The notes under the pieces: generated by a model | What the model was told of the DNA's origin: nothing | What the model saw: the letters and a program-made list of their open reading frames with translations, nothing else | The model's database searches: none | Program-made: the position numbers and the translations under genes | Source of the DNA: Marsupella aquatica | Lineage: Eukaryota > Plantae > Marchantiophyta | Assembly (NCBI GenBank): GCA_973895155.1 | Contig: OZ316898.1 | Coordinates: forward strand, 1 to 64,000 | Length of the DNA stretch: 64,000 nt | Direction of reading: 5' to 3' | Shown here: piece after piece, positions 48,296-60,205 of the stretch | How positions within the stretch are numbered: position 1 is the first letter of the stretch | How the letters are laid out: each line of letters opens with the position of its first letter

Positions 48296-50093
48296 TACAC
48301 CTGATCCCTATACAATCAAAGAAGCACAGAAAAGGCCCGATTGGCCACAGTGGAGAGAGGCTATCAATACAGAAATGGACGCATTAATCAAAAGACAAGT
48401 ATTCGGCCCAGTTAAGGTTGTACAACCAAAGAATGACTATACAGATAGTCGTTTTATATTCGTTAGAAAACGCAATGCCCAAGGAGATGTCATAAGATAT
48501 CGAGCAAGGCTTGTAGCGAAAGGCTACACCCAAATCCCTGGAAGGGATTACGATTTAACCTATTCGCCAGTTATGGATGTAACTACCTTTAGGTACTTAA
48601 TATCTTTTTCAAGAAAGCATAAACTCAAAAACATACTCATGGACGTGGTAACTGCGTACCTATATGGAGTCTTAGACTCCGAAATATATATGAAAGCTCC
48701 AAAGGAATTGCTCGAAAGAGTGGTAGAGCACATCCAGGGGAAGAATATACATACCCTAAGTCAGGACATGAAGTCGGGACTTCGACAGATTGTCCCTGAT
48801 GATGACATTAAAGGCCTAGTGTTGAGCAGTGGCAACACACTCAAAGAACCACTCCAGTACCCAGGTAAATATGGGACTGGACAGCAGGCATTTGCTGTGC
48901 AAGTCCTTAAATCAATAAACGGACTGAAACAGAGCGGACGCATCTGGTATCAGACATTCAAAACTAAGATGCAGACTCTTGGCTTTATAAATGACGACCT
49001 CGCCCCTTGCATTTTTATAAAACACCTAGCACCTGAGTTCGTGATATTAGCACTATATGTTGATGACGTCAATCTGTTCGGCACCCCCAAGCTATTAAAG
49101 CAGACTATTAATACAATGAAGGGCATCTTCGAAATGAAAGAACTGGGAGAACCGACGTATTGCCTCGGTCTACAGTTCGACCACCTGCCACAAGGTATGT
49201 TTATTAGTCAATCAACTTACACAAAGAAAATTCTTCGACAGTTTAACATGCAGAATGCTTACTCAGTCTCGACTCCCATGGAGATGCGATCCCTGGACAC
49301 CACTAAAGATATGTTTAGAAGGAGACAAGAAAATGAACCACTTCTTGATGCAGACAAGCCTTATTTATCTGCAATCGGAGCTCTCCTCTATCTGGCGAAC
49401 AACACCCGTCCCGACATTTCATTTGCAGTGAGTCTCTTGGCACGACATAGCGCCCAACCTACTATTCGCCACTGGAACGGCATCAAACGACTATTTCGTT
49501 ATCTTCAAGGCTCCATGGATATGGGCCTGTATTTCGCCAATGATAACCCGGATGAACTGCAAGGATACGCGGACGCTGGATATCTATCCGATCCGCATGA
49601 CTCGAAATCTCAGACTGGTTATGTCTTCTTGCAAGGCAACACAGCAATATCATGGCGCAGTACAAAACAAACCTTGACTACCACATCGTCCAATCATTCA
49701 GAAGTAATAGCTCTTTACGAAGCAACAAGAGAAGCGCTATGGCTTCGAAACATCATAAACCACATCCACAAGAATACTGGTAAGCCACTACTCACCAAAC
49801 CGACGATTATCCATGAAGATAACAAAGCTTGCGTGGACCAAATCAATGCAGGATATATGAAGACAGACCGCACGAAGCATATCGACCCAAAATTTTTCTT
49901 TACCCATGAACAGATAGGGCAGCACATCAATGTGCACTGGAAGAGCTCCCAGGAGAACTGTGCTGATCTATTCACGAAGCCATTACCCGCCAGCCTCCAT
50001 CGAAAGCACGTAGCAGCGATCGGCATGACAAGATTGTCGACATTGCGCCCGCCCGTCGACACACAAACGAGAGAAACTCCACAATTTGAATGA
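48189..50093 (+). CDS. pol: Copia reverse transcriptase-RNase H portion (frameshifted from the upstream ORF at about 48215)
   Basis: YRARLVAKGYTQ, MDVVTAYLYG, GLKQSGR, LYVDD, GYADAGY, EDNKAC, RTKHID and ADLFTK. Confidence 0.9.
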   Translation: MKKCLFNTHTGHIYARSNTIIDEQFAYHIAQSISNDTPDPYTIKEAQKRPDWPQWREAINTEMDALIKRQVFGPVKVVQPKNDYTDSRFIFVRKRNAQGDVIRYRARLVAKGYTQIPGRDYDLTYSPVMDVTTFRYLISFSRKHKLKNILMDVVTAYLYGVLDSEIYMKAPKELLERVVEHIQGKNIHTLSQDMKSGLRQIVPDDDIKGLVLSSGNTLKEPLQYPGKYGTGQQAFAVQVLKSINGLKQSGRIWYQTFKTKMQTLGFINDDLAPCIFIKHLAPEFVILALYVDDVNLFGTPKLLKQTINTMKGIFEMKELGEPTYCLGLQFDHLPQGMFISQSTYTKKILRQFNMQNAYSVSTPMEMRSLDTTKDMFRRRQENEPLLDADKPYLSAIGALLYLANNTRPDISFAVSLLARHSAQPTIRHWNGIKRLFRYLQGSMDMGLYFANDNPDELQGYADAGYLSDPHDSKSQTGYVFLQGNTAISWRSTKQTLTTTSSNHSEVIALYEATREALWLRNIINHIHKNTGKPLLTKPTIIHEDNKACVDQINAGYMKTDRTKHIDPKFFFTHEQIGQHINVHWKSSQENCADLFTKPLPASLHRKHVAAIGMTRLSTLRPPVDTQTRETPQFE

Positions 50094-50456
50094 GCAGCTT
50101 GAGCCGACAGACGACAGCCGACTCGACGACGATGCAACCTAAAACTTTCATTCCTGTATACATAGACAGAATATGATTTCTCATACCAATACAAGATAGA
50201 ATAATTATTATCGTAAACACCCCATTTAAACTAAGGGGAAGTAGTTTTAGTAATAGGGGACCCAAATTAAACTTTACATTTGGACAAATTATAAGGTAGA
50301 CTCACCTTAGTGCAAATTTAAGAAAATCCTACTAATGGTGGCTAGAACCCTTTTTCCTTATGAAGAAAGCAGAAGGTTTTAATGGGGCAGCACCAAAAAA
50401 TAAACATAGGGTTAGTAGTGTGGTGATTTTATACCCCTAAACTCTCCAAGGGGAAG

Positions 50457-50620
50457 TGTTGTAACCATTTACTCTAGACCATGGTTAACCCCTAACCCTA
50501 TCCTGAAGGGGTAACATGGGTTAACACCAACCCCAACATGTAACCCTATGGTGACTATATAAGTCACACCCATAATGGAACACAACAGCGAGTTGCAAGT
50601 CTCTCCATTGTCACACAACA
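50457..50620 (+). repeat. 3' LTR of the Copia element
   Basis: Preceded by the PPT and followed by TSD CATAC. Confidence 0.95.
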
Positions 50621-50919
50621 CATACCACACAACTTCATATTCAGTTATGGAGACTCGCTTCCTCCTCTCTTCCCCAGCTTCTCCTTTGTGACCTTGACAG
50701 TGACTACCTCAACTGTGTCTGCCTTGGTTGTGCAGTCTTCAAGCTGAAATACCTTTATCCCTACTCTTAACACCATGATTGCCCTTATTCTTGCCAACTT
50801 GCTAATTGTTATGCGGTATCAATAGCTACTCCTTGCATACAGCAACCTAGTTACTCAGATTATAGAATAAGGACCATGTCATCGGCGTCACAAAAGGTGA
50901 CGAGCTCATTAAGGAATTC

Positions 50920-52830
50920 TAGAAGCATTGACCAAGCTTTGTTTCCTTTGTATTTCTCACGAACCTAATTGAATGGTGACACTTTTGATGCTAACCGAGT
51001 CCAATGGTTTCAACATGAATGTTATAGCTGCAAAAGACTTTAATTGGAAATGTTATGGGAGTGCGGGATTACAAGTGAGTCACCATGAATGCTAGTGGTG
51101 TATGAATACTTAAAAAATCATGTTATGGGAGCCTTCGGCCCGCCTTCGGTAACCACCCGTAAGTCACCCTAATCAATACTAGCGGACTTTAAAGGTTTTA
51201 ATAATAATGTTGTGGGAGTCCAAATGTTGAAACGTCGAGACCGTGCACCGCATGTAGGAGACCATGCACCGCGCTCCCTAAAAACCCTAAAATGGCCTGA
51301 AGACCAGCCTCATTGCAAGCGCAGTGAGGAGAAGATATATATAGGTAACCACCTGTAAATCACCCTAATCAATACTAGCAGACTTTAAAGGTTTTAATAA
51401 TAATGTTGTGGGAGTCCAAATGTTGAAACGTCAAGACTGTGCACCGCATGTAGGAGACCATGCACCGCGCTCCCTAAAAACTCTAAAATGGCCTGAAGAC
51501 CGGCCTCATTGCACGCGCAGTGAGGAGAAGATATATACAGGGGTTGTGATCATGAGTTGACATTTTGAGAATGGCAGGATTGGAGTTATCCCTTTGTGTG
51601 TGCAAGGCTGGGGCAGGGAGCCACGACAAAGAAGGTAAGGGTTTAGGGTAAACCCCTAAACACGTAAACACAAAACCCTAACCGTCGGGAGGGAAGGCTG
51701 AGGGGTGCCCTGGTTTTCTGCCATGAATGGAGTTTGAGGTAATTCCAGGTTTGGGCAACCCTAATAAACCCTAAACTTTGGGCGGGTGTGCGCTGGCCAG
51801 CCGCACAGGGAGAGGCTCTATGCGATAGTCGCGCAGAGGGGAGTGGAAGAAGGCAAGGGTTTAGGGAAAACCCCTAAACCTGTAAACACAAAACCCTAAC
51901 TGCCAGGAGGGAAGGCTGAGTGGTGCCCTGGTTTGATACCATCGGGGCTCATGATGAGATTGCTGCACTATGCGGGGTTGTGATCATGAGTTGACATTTC
52001 AAGAATGGCAGGATTGGAGTTATCCCTTTGTGTGTGCAAGGCCGGGGCAGGGAGCCACGACGAAGAAGGTAAGGGTTTAGGGAAAACCCTAAACACGTAA
52101 ACACAAAACCCTAACCGCTGGGAGGGAAGGCTGAGGGGTGCCCTGGTTTTCTGCCATGAATGGAGTTTGAGGTAATTCCAGGTTTGGGCAACCCTAATAA
52201 ACCCTAAACTTTGGGCGGGTGTGAGCTGGCCAGCCGCACATGGAGAGGCTCTACACGATAGTCGTGCAACCGGGGGGGGTGAAAGAAGGCAAAGGTGGGA
52301 CTAGTACAGTAGTGGTGCTAGTATAGTTTTGTGGAGGGCGTTCGTGTTCTCTAAGGCAAGTGATGTGCCCATGGAGTGAACATGGGTTGAGGGTGGGTCA
52401 CGCGTCCTGGTTGCTATAAAGCCAGGAATCGGGTGTCGCAAAATTAGATGGCGGGGAAATGAGTGAGTGTTACGGAATTGGCCAGAAAGAGGACGGTGAA
52501 TCCCATGAGTGAAGTTCCAGGAGAGGCAGAGGTGAGGTAGTCCACAGTGGCTGCAGCGTATGGAGAGGCTCTACGCGATAGATGGCAGGGTGGGCAGAGT
52601 TGGTGCGTGGGGAGTATGGAAAGACGGCCTCAGTGCTATCCGGGCTCCCGAAGGAGTGACGTTTGAAGAATGGTGCAGGGATTGATTTACTTTGTATTTT
52701 CATGGCACGACTGTCTTTTTTGGGTGTTCGTGGCAAGAAGAACACGAAACTAGGGTAAACCCTGAACCGTAAACGGTAAACCCCGAACCATAAATGTGAG
52801 TTGACATTTGGAGGATGGCAGGATTGTAGT
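50920..52830. repeat. Complex repeat with about 195-bp and about 435-bp duplications and TTTAGGG/CCCTAAA motifs
   Basis: About 51148-51342 duplicates about 51344-51540, and about 51540-51830 duplicates about 51975-52265. The segment aattgaatggtgacac...gatgctaac also occurs at about 41667 and 54411. Confidence 0.75.
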
Positions 52831-53157
52831 TGATCCCTTGGTGTATTGGGGGCCGTGGGAGGGAGCCACGAGGAACAACGCAAGGGTAAGGAAACCCTAT
52901 AATAAACCCTATATGTCGGGGAGGGAGGGTGGACAGAGTTGATGCGAGGGGAGTATGGGAAGAAGGCCGCAGTGCTATCCGGGCTCCCAAAGTAGTGACT
53001 TTTGAAGAATGGCACGGGGATCGACTTGCTTTGTAATGTTGGTTCCTTGTATGTTCATGGCGGGACGGTCTTTTTCGGGCACTCATGGCAAAAAGACCAC
53101 GAAAAAGACCGCAAAGACCGGGCATTGCGATCGCTGGGCTGCACAAAAATGTATATA

Positions 53158-54372
53158 CCAGCCCAACCATGGCGCAGAAGGGAAATTGAAGGCGATAAGC
53201 ACATTAAGGAACCAGATTGAAGGCGGGCGGCAGGAATTCTAGAAGGCCAATGCTTCCCAACCAAAATACCAGCCCAACCATGGCGCAGAAGAGAAATTGA
53301 AGGCGATGAGCACATTAAGGAACCAGATTGAAGGTGGGCGGCAGGAATTCTAGAAGGCCAATGCTGCCCGTCCAAAATACCAGCCCAACCATGGCGCAGA
53401 AGGGAAATTGAAGGCGACGAGCACATTAAGGAACCAGATTGAAGGCGGGCGGCAGGAATTCTAGAAGGCCAATGCTTCCCGACCAAAATACCAGCCCAAC
53501 CATGGCGCAGAAGAGAAATTGAAGGCGATGAGCACATTAAGGAACCAGATTGAAGGTGGGCGGCAGGAATTCTAGAAGGCCAATGCTGCCCGTCCAAAAT
53601 ACCAGCCCAACCATGGCGCAGAAGGGAAATTGAAGGCGACGAGCACATTAAGGAACCAGATTGAAGGCGGGCGGCAGGAATTGTAGAAGGCCAATGCTTC
53701 CCGACCAAAATACCAGCCCAACCATGGCGCAGAAGAGAAATTGAAGGCGATGAGCACATTAAGGAACCAGATTGAAGGTGGGCGGCAGAAATTCTAGAAG
53801 GCCAATGCTGCCCGTCCAAAATACCAGCCCAACCATGGCACAGAAGGGAAATTGAAGGCGACGAGCACATTAAGGAACCAGATTGAAGGCGGGCAACAGG
53901 AATTCTAGAAGGCCAATGCTTCCCGACCAAAATACCAGCCCAACCATGGCGCAAAAGAGAAATTGAAGGCGATGAGCACATTAAGGAACCAGATTGAAGG
54001 TGGGCGGCAGGAATTCTAGAAGGCCAATGCTGCCCGTCCAAAATACCAGCCCAACCATGGCGCATAAGGGAAATTGAAGGCGACGAGCACATTAAGGAAC
54101 CAGATTGAAGGCGGGCAACAGGAATTCTAGAAGGCCAATGCTTCCCGACCAAAATACCAGCCCAACCATGGCGCAAAAGAGAAATTGAAGGCGATGAGCA
54201 CATTAAGGAACCAGATTGAAGGTGGGCGGCAGGAATTCTAGAAGGCCAATGCTGCCCGTCCAAAATACCAGCCCAACCATGGCGCAGAAGGGAAATTGAA
54301 GGCGACGAGCACATTAAGGAACCAGATTGAAGGCGGGCAACAGGAATTCTAGAAGACCAATGCTTCCCGACC
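53158..54372. repeat. 111-bp tandem array, about 11 copies, with alternating A/B variants
   Basis: ccagcccaaccatggcgcagaag...accaaaata recurs every 111 bp, giving a 37-aa periodicity in the 449-aa minus-strand ORF. Confidence 0.95.
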
Positions 54373-54775
54373 AAGCTTTGTTTCCTTTGTATGTCATTTC
54401 CCACGTACCTAATTGAATGGTGACACTTTTGATGCTAACGGAGTCCGAAGGTTTTGACATGAATGCTATAGCTGCAAAAGAGTTTAGCTGGAAATGTTAT
54501 GGGAGTGCAAGATTGCAAGTCAGTCACCATCAATGCTAGTGGTGTATGAATATTTAAAAAATAATGTTATGGGAGTCTATGGTAACCACCCGTAAGTCAC
54601 CCTACTCAATACTAGCGGAGTTTAAAGGTTTAAACAATAATGTTGTGGGAGTCCAAATGCTGAAATGAAGAGACCGTGCACCGCATGTAGGAGACCGTGC
54701 ACTAGGCTCCCTAAATACCCTGAAATGGCCTAAAGACCGCCCTCATTGCACGCGCTATGCGGAGAAGATATGTAC

Positions 54776-55051
54776 AGCTACAGTAGGGTTGCACACGCCC
54801 CCTAGTACTCGCACCCTCAAAACTGGGGGCGACCCTCACCCTCAACCATCATGGAACCGCTCCCCCACCCTCACCCCCAACTCGTTACACCCCCAGCTCG
54901 TTACACCCCCAAATTCTATAGTAGGGTTGCACACGCCCCCTAGTACTCGCACCCTCAAAACTGGGGGCACCCTCACCCTCAACCCCCATGGAACCCCTCC
55001 CCCACCGTCACCCCCAGCTTGTTACGCCCCCAAATGCTACAATAGGGTTGC
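54776..55051 (+). repeat. C-rich minisatellite (about 120-140-bp unit), left part
   Basis: gggttgcacacgccccctagtactcgcaccctcaaaactggggg units. The array continues at 59270 after the insertion. Confidence 0.9.
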
Positions 55052-58000
55052 TGTGGTGCGTCCCATGGCTCCCTAAACCCAAGAAACCCCCCAGCTCAAG
55101 CCGATTCCCGCAGGTTTCGCGCTTGGCAAGGCCGTTTCCGCGGCTTAGCGGCATGGGACGCTGCTAACCTTCTACTACTACTATTAACATTTTACACACA
55201 TATACTGGACAGATCCTTCATCGGGTCATGAGATACGTAGCCGGCCTAATCTAGGCCTTCCCTCATCTTCCCCTCCGTCTTGTTAAGTATGTTTGGATTC
55301 CGCCGCCGGAATGATCCCCAATAGGCTTGGTTAAGCCGCTAAGACCTCTCTCAGCTCGACACATCCAACTCTCACTCCCCTGCTTACTTTCCTTCCTTCT
55401 AGTTGATGTGGGCACTCTTCACACAAGTTAAACCCTAAACGCCCTGCCCACTCACGCCTCCTCCCTCCACGTCCGCCCTTCCTAAAAGGAACGGCGCCCT
55501 TGCACCGTCACGACACCGGTGGTGGATCCTTAATGGACGCCCCCAACGCTTCCTCCTCAGCCACTGCCGTAGGTTCATTCTCTGACAGATTACCTGCCCT
55601 TGACTGAGTCAACTCTCCATCGGCCTGACTGGGTCCACCATCGGCATCGGCTCGGGAATCGGTTACGGCCTCAGCCTCGGTTACGGCCTCAGCCTCGGCT
55701 ACGGTCTCCCGGCCTGCTCAAGAGGCGGATCTGGGATACTGGCCTCATTATTGAGTAGTTCGGCTTGGGCCGCACCATCCCCACCCTTGATGATAGCGGA
55801 ATCTATTGCCGTATTCATGTCGGAGGTTGGTGCTGGGTCTACCTCCTTGGTCACCACGGCCTGTGGAGTCGGATTACTCCTTGACCCTGAAGGTTTCCGC
55901 TTCTTCTTCTTTTCTGGTTCGGCAGCTGGTCCCTTCCCCTTCCCACTTACTTCCGGCACTGGTGCAGGTGGCGCGGCTTTTTCTTCGGCCAGTACCACTC
56001 CTGGTAACTTGGTTGCCCCAATTGGAGTTGGGCCTGATGAAGACAAGCACTTAAATACTACGGCTTGTTTCTTCAGCCGCTCTGTTTGGTTGTCGGCCCG
56101 CCGCTGGAGGTTCTCCATCTTCCTCGTGATTTCCTCCAACTCCTCCTGGGTCTCATCCAGGTCCTTGCGCGCCTCCTCTAGTTCCTTCTGGGCTTCCTCC
56201 CATTCTTTTTTCAAGGTAGTCCTCTCCTCCCGGGTTGCTCTTAGCTCCTTGTCGAGCTCTGCAATGATGACAGACTCCATCTGGTTCATCTTGGCGTAAG
56301 TCTGATCGAGCATCTCGTCCTTCTCCCTTAGGTTGGCCTTGAAGCTGGCCGTCAGGGACGCAAGCTCCTGCTGCAGCGCCATAATCCCTTGATAGGATTT
56401 TCCTAACTCGGCCTCCTTCTGCTCAAGGGCTCCGCGGATTTTCTCGAGCTCCCCCTTCAACGCCCATTCCTTTCTTTGGGTCTCCGCCATGGCCCGGCTA
56501 TTGGCTGTTATGTGGGCCTCCTCTGCATTCCTTAGCTCTCGCTTCCACTTCTCCCTCTCTTTGATCGTATCGGCCAACTCTCCCTGCGTCTGAGTCAGTT
56601 TATCCTTGATATTCTGATTATCAGCCTGCGCGGTGTCCAACTGCCCCTGCATGATGTTCAGCTCATGCCGTTTAATCCGCAGTTCATCTTGGGCTTTCTT
56701 GGCCGCCCTTAGATCTTCAATCTCGGCTTCCATCCTCCTAAGCCGCTGAATGACCTCGTCCTTCTTGCTTCTCTCTAAAGCCACCGCTTCTTCTAATTGG
56801 TGCTTCTCCAACTGCTCCCTATGGAAAAAGGGTCCTACCTCCAACTCCTCTCCAAAGATGCCGAGCGCAAGTTCCCCACACATCTCACCATACTCCATGG
56901 CTCTATTCTTAGCGTAGGTGGAGTAAGTAGAAGTGATCGGCATCGCCCATCGCGGCCTTTGCTCCCAAGCCGTCTTGTGGATCTCTTCAATCGTGGCTAG
57001 AGGTTTGCTTCCTTTTTTGGCTAGCCGCCTGATGTCCTCCGGCCAATCTCCTCCTGGTAAATCCTTTTCCCTAGCCAGGGCTGCCTCCTCTTCCTGCCTG
57101 ATTCGCTCCTGAAATTCCTGTGCCGTCTGTTTTATGCCGTCAAAGCTCGGGGCAGCAACATCTGGTGGGGGAGACTCAGGGCTACTCTACTGGTTGGGGT
57201 CCCCTCGTACTACCCTTGGAAGTGTGGGGACAAACCGGCCACAGGTCCTTACTCCTGGAACGTGATGGTCCGACCCATAGCCGGAGTTATCATGGCTGCA
57301 GTCCTCCATTGCCTCCTCTACTTCTTGGACGTCCGGCTTCTCCCTCTCCTCTTCGTCGGTAGGAGCTTCAGGCAATTCTGCCTCAGATTCAGGGCTTGAG
57401 ACTCCCACATACATTCGAACACCTGGCTTGGATTCCGGCCTGATTCTCTCCTTGTCTCCAGCAAAGGGGTTTTCTCTTGTGAGCCGGTGTAGGCCTACCT
57501 CTGGAGTAGTGTCCTGCATTGTTGCCGTTGCCGTTGTCGTTGCCGATGCCGATCTCTTTTCTTTCTCCAGTAGTTTCAGCAGACTCTGCATGCCTGGTTG
57601 CTGCATCGGCAAGTCCTCCGTCCTTGGCCTAAACACCTGCTCGATCATAGGGCTAACAGGTGGTTGAGGCTTCTCTGCTAACGGCCTCGGCGTTGGAGCT
57701 TCCTCGGGTGCCCTTACCTGCAGGGGAAGTACTGGGGCAAAAGTCTGACCTCTGGCATACCGGCACAACAGCGGCATGTGATAGCCAAGCCGCGACACGC
57801 TCCCCATGCCGATTACCTGCTGCTCCTCCTTTAAGATCTTCTTCAATTGGTTGAGGAGGTACCCGTTGTAGTCCCGACTTGGGTCTGGCCTCTCTGCCAG
57901 ATAGACCTATGCCTTGCCGATCTCTGCCCTTGGCAAGTTACAATGCATGGTCACCCGCAAGAAGTCGATCATCTCTCCTATGTGCGGGTTGGTGCAGGTG

Positions 58001-59269
58001 TTCCGGAAGAAGCCATTCTTCGTTGATGGCCCGGGGAACGACCGGAACTCCTTGTCAGGCAAGGTCTTCCTGGTATCAACTTTGGTCTTATTGCCTATCG
58101 GCAAGCCAAACACTTCGGCAATCACTTTGGGAGTAAGATAGAAATCCTTCCCATATATCCTCGTGCAATTGGTCTCGGGTTCCCATGACCCCACGAATTC
58201 TAATAGGTCTGACTCCGGTACCTCCGGCTTCAGCCATGGTAATCTTACAAAGGCCTCTAAGCCGGATCCGGCCATGAAGCCTTGATACTTCTTGGTCTGC
58301 ATGGCCGTAAAGCATGCATCCTCCTCCCGTGCAAAATGTAGTTGCACCTCCACCGATAGGGTTGCCGCCCAGCCCTTCCAGGTGTCATCCCTGGTTGGAA
58401 TGGCCTTGATGGGATCGACCTCCTCTTCTTTGGCTTCTCCCTGCCTCCTGCTTTGCTGCTCGATTGGCTTCTTTGGTGCCGCCGACCTCATTCTTTTTGC
58501 CGGGGTGGCTTCATCGTTGACGGCTCCCTTCCTCTTCATCTCTGCTGCCGTGGAGGTTTCTCCTAGCACCGTTGCCTGGGTCCACCTTTCCGTGCTACCC
58601 TTTAATTCCCAGTGTATGTCGTTGCAATTCTTGATGGCCTCTCGGATGCCAACGACGCTGTCTTTGCAAAACAGAAGATCGTCGAGTTAATTGGAAGTAG
58701 GAGTCCACAAGAACTCGTCCTTGATGAGTTCGCCTCCTAAGAAAGCCGTCTTCTGCAGCTCCCACAATCGAGCGAGCTCCTGCCGTTCTCGAGCTGCCCT
58801 TTCTGATTCCTCGTCCTCGTAAGTCTTGATGTACTCAGTTGCCCGTTCGAACAGGCATCCCCAGAAATGTGCCACTTGATTGACGTTGCTCATACCCTCC
58901 TTAGGTTGATCGTCGGTATCTACTCTCTCCCCGAGTGCTTGCCTAAGCAGCTGACAGTAGTTGGCCTCCCGTAGTCGTCTGCCTAGTTCGTGCTCACAAC
59001 TGAGCCACCATCTCCTGCAAGCGCTCCTTACCCCTCTCCTCTTCAGGTCCTTCCTCCCGTTGATCCTTCCTAGCCGCCGACGCTTAACGCGCCCTAACCC
59101 TAATTGAGTTTTCACCCCCAGCGTCCTTACCTCCGGCCTCGGCCCAGGTTCCATGGTCGCCCCTAATTGTTTATATTTTCCTTGTTTTGTCCCTATACTA
59201 AGGTGTTTCTAGGGTGCCTTCCTGCTTTACCCACTTAACTGGCCGAGTGATTCCTGTCTAGACATCACA
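55052..59269 (-). mobile_element. 4218-bp TG...CA element with 5-bp TSD, no terminal direct repeats, almost entirely coding
   Basis: TSD GTTGC at 55047-55051 and 59270-59274. Termini are TGTGGTG...CATCACA. It splits a minisatellite unit precisely. Confidence 0.9.
55699..59154 (-). pseudogene. About 1150-codon accessory ORF (plant-mobile-domain-like region + long coiled coil) with three in-frame stops
   Basis: ORFs 58687..59154, 57907..58569, 57187..57846 and 55699..56943 are all in one frame and the intervening segments are open. Motifs GLEAFVRLPW..LLEFV..LTPKVIAEVFGLP..KNGF..C..DFL..DYNGYLL resemble the 32987-35452 ORF. The C-terminus is a heptad-rich coiled coil. Confidence 0.7.
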
Positions 59270-60205
59270 GTTGCACACGCCCCCTAGTACTCGCACCCTC
59301 AAAACTGGGGGGTACCCTCACCCTCAACCCCCCTAGAACCCCTCCCCCACCGTCACCCCCAGCTTGTTACGCCCCCAAATGCTACAATAGGGTTGCACAC
59401 GCCCCCTAGTACTCGCACCCTCAAAACTGGGGGGTACCCTCACCCTCAACCCCCATGGAACCCCTCCCCCACCCTCACCCCCAGCTCATTACACCCCCAA
59501 ATGCTACAGTAGGGTTGGACACGCCCCCTAGTACTCGCACCCTCAAAACTGGGGGGCACCCTCACCCTCAACCCCCATGGAACCGCTCCCCCACCCTCAC
59601 CCCCAGCTCGTTACACCCCCAGCTCGTTACACCCCCAAATGCTACAGTAGGCTTGCACACGCCCCCTAGTACTCGCACCCTCAAAACTGGGGGGCACTCT
59701 CACCCTCAACCCCCATGGAACCCCTCCCCCACCCTCACCCCTAGCTTGTTACTCCCCCAAAAGCTACAGTCTGGTGGCACTCGCCCCCTAGTACTCGCAC
59801 CCTCAAAACTGGGGGCCACCCTCACCCTCAACTCCCATGGAACCACTCCCCCATCCTCACCCCCAGCTCATTACACCCCCAAATGCTACAGTAGGGTTGC
59901 ACACGCCCCCTAGTACTCACACCCTCAAAACTGGGGGGCACCCTCAGCCTCAACCCCCATGGAATTGAACCGCTCCCCCACCCCCAGCTCGTTACACCCC
60001 CAAAAGCTATAGTAGGGTTGCACACGCCCCCTAGTACTCGCACCCTCAAAACTAGGGGGCACCCTCACCCTCAACCCCCATGGAACCCCACCCCCACCGT
60101 CACCCCCAGCTTGTTACACCCCCAAAAGCTACAGTAGGGTGGCACTCGCCCCCTAGTACGCGCACCCCAAAAATTGGGGGGTACCCCCACCCCTAACCCC
60201 TCCAA
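59270..60205 (+). repeat. C-rich minisatellite, right part (about 8 units), followed by CCCTAAA motifs at about 60288-60302
   Basis: Same unit as 54776-55051. Confidence 0.9.

Larger units (their letters stand above)
44836..50620 (+). mobile_element. Full-length Ty1/Copia LTR retrotransposon, Bianca lineage, very recent
   Basis: 164-bp LTRs at 44836-44999 and 50457-50620 (TGTTG...CAACA, identical by eye). TSD CATAC. PBS CGTTATCAGC (Bianca-type). PPT AAGGGGAAG. Domain order is gag-PR-INT-RT-RH. Confidence 0.95.
42458..50892. mobile_element. Solo LTR copy B, interrupted by the Copia element
   Basis: Same TGTCACGC start (42458) and GCGTCACA end (50892) as copy A. TSD is GAAGG/AAAGG (one mismatch). 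It is inserted in a degenerate copy of the 111-bp repeat unit (ttgaagg|tgacgagctcattaagg). Confidence 0.8.

Noticed and set aside
37511-50892. Two similar 2.3-kb repeats read as the paired LTRs of one intact retrotransposon
   Set aside because: Each copy has its own TSD (AGCTT; GAAGG/AAAGG). The spacer has no PBS or gag-pol and contains the end of a different element (41491).
53055-54404. 449-aa repetitive ORF
   Set aside because: It is a by-product of a 111-bp (3n) tandem array lacking stops on one strand, with no recognisable domain.
54789-60049. Pro/Thr-rich ORFs in the C-rich array and plus-strand ORFs over 55.7-58.7 kb
   Set aside because: These are repeat translations or antisense shadows of the long minus-strand ORF.
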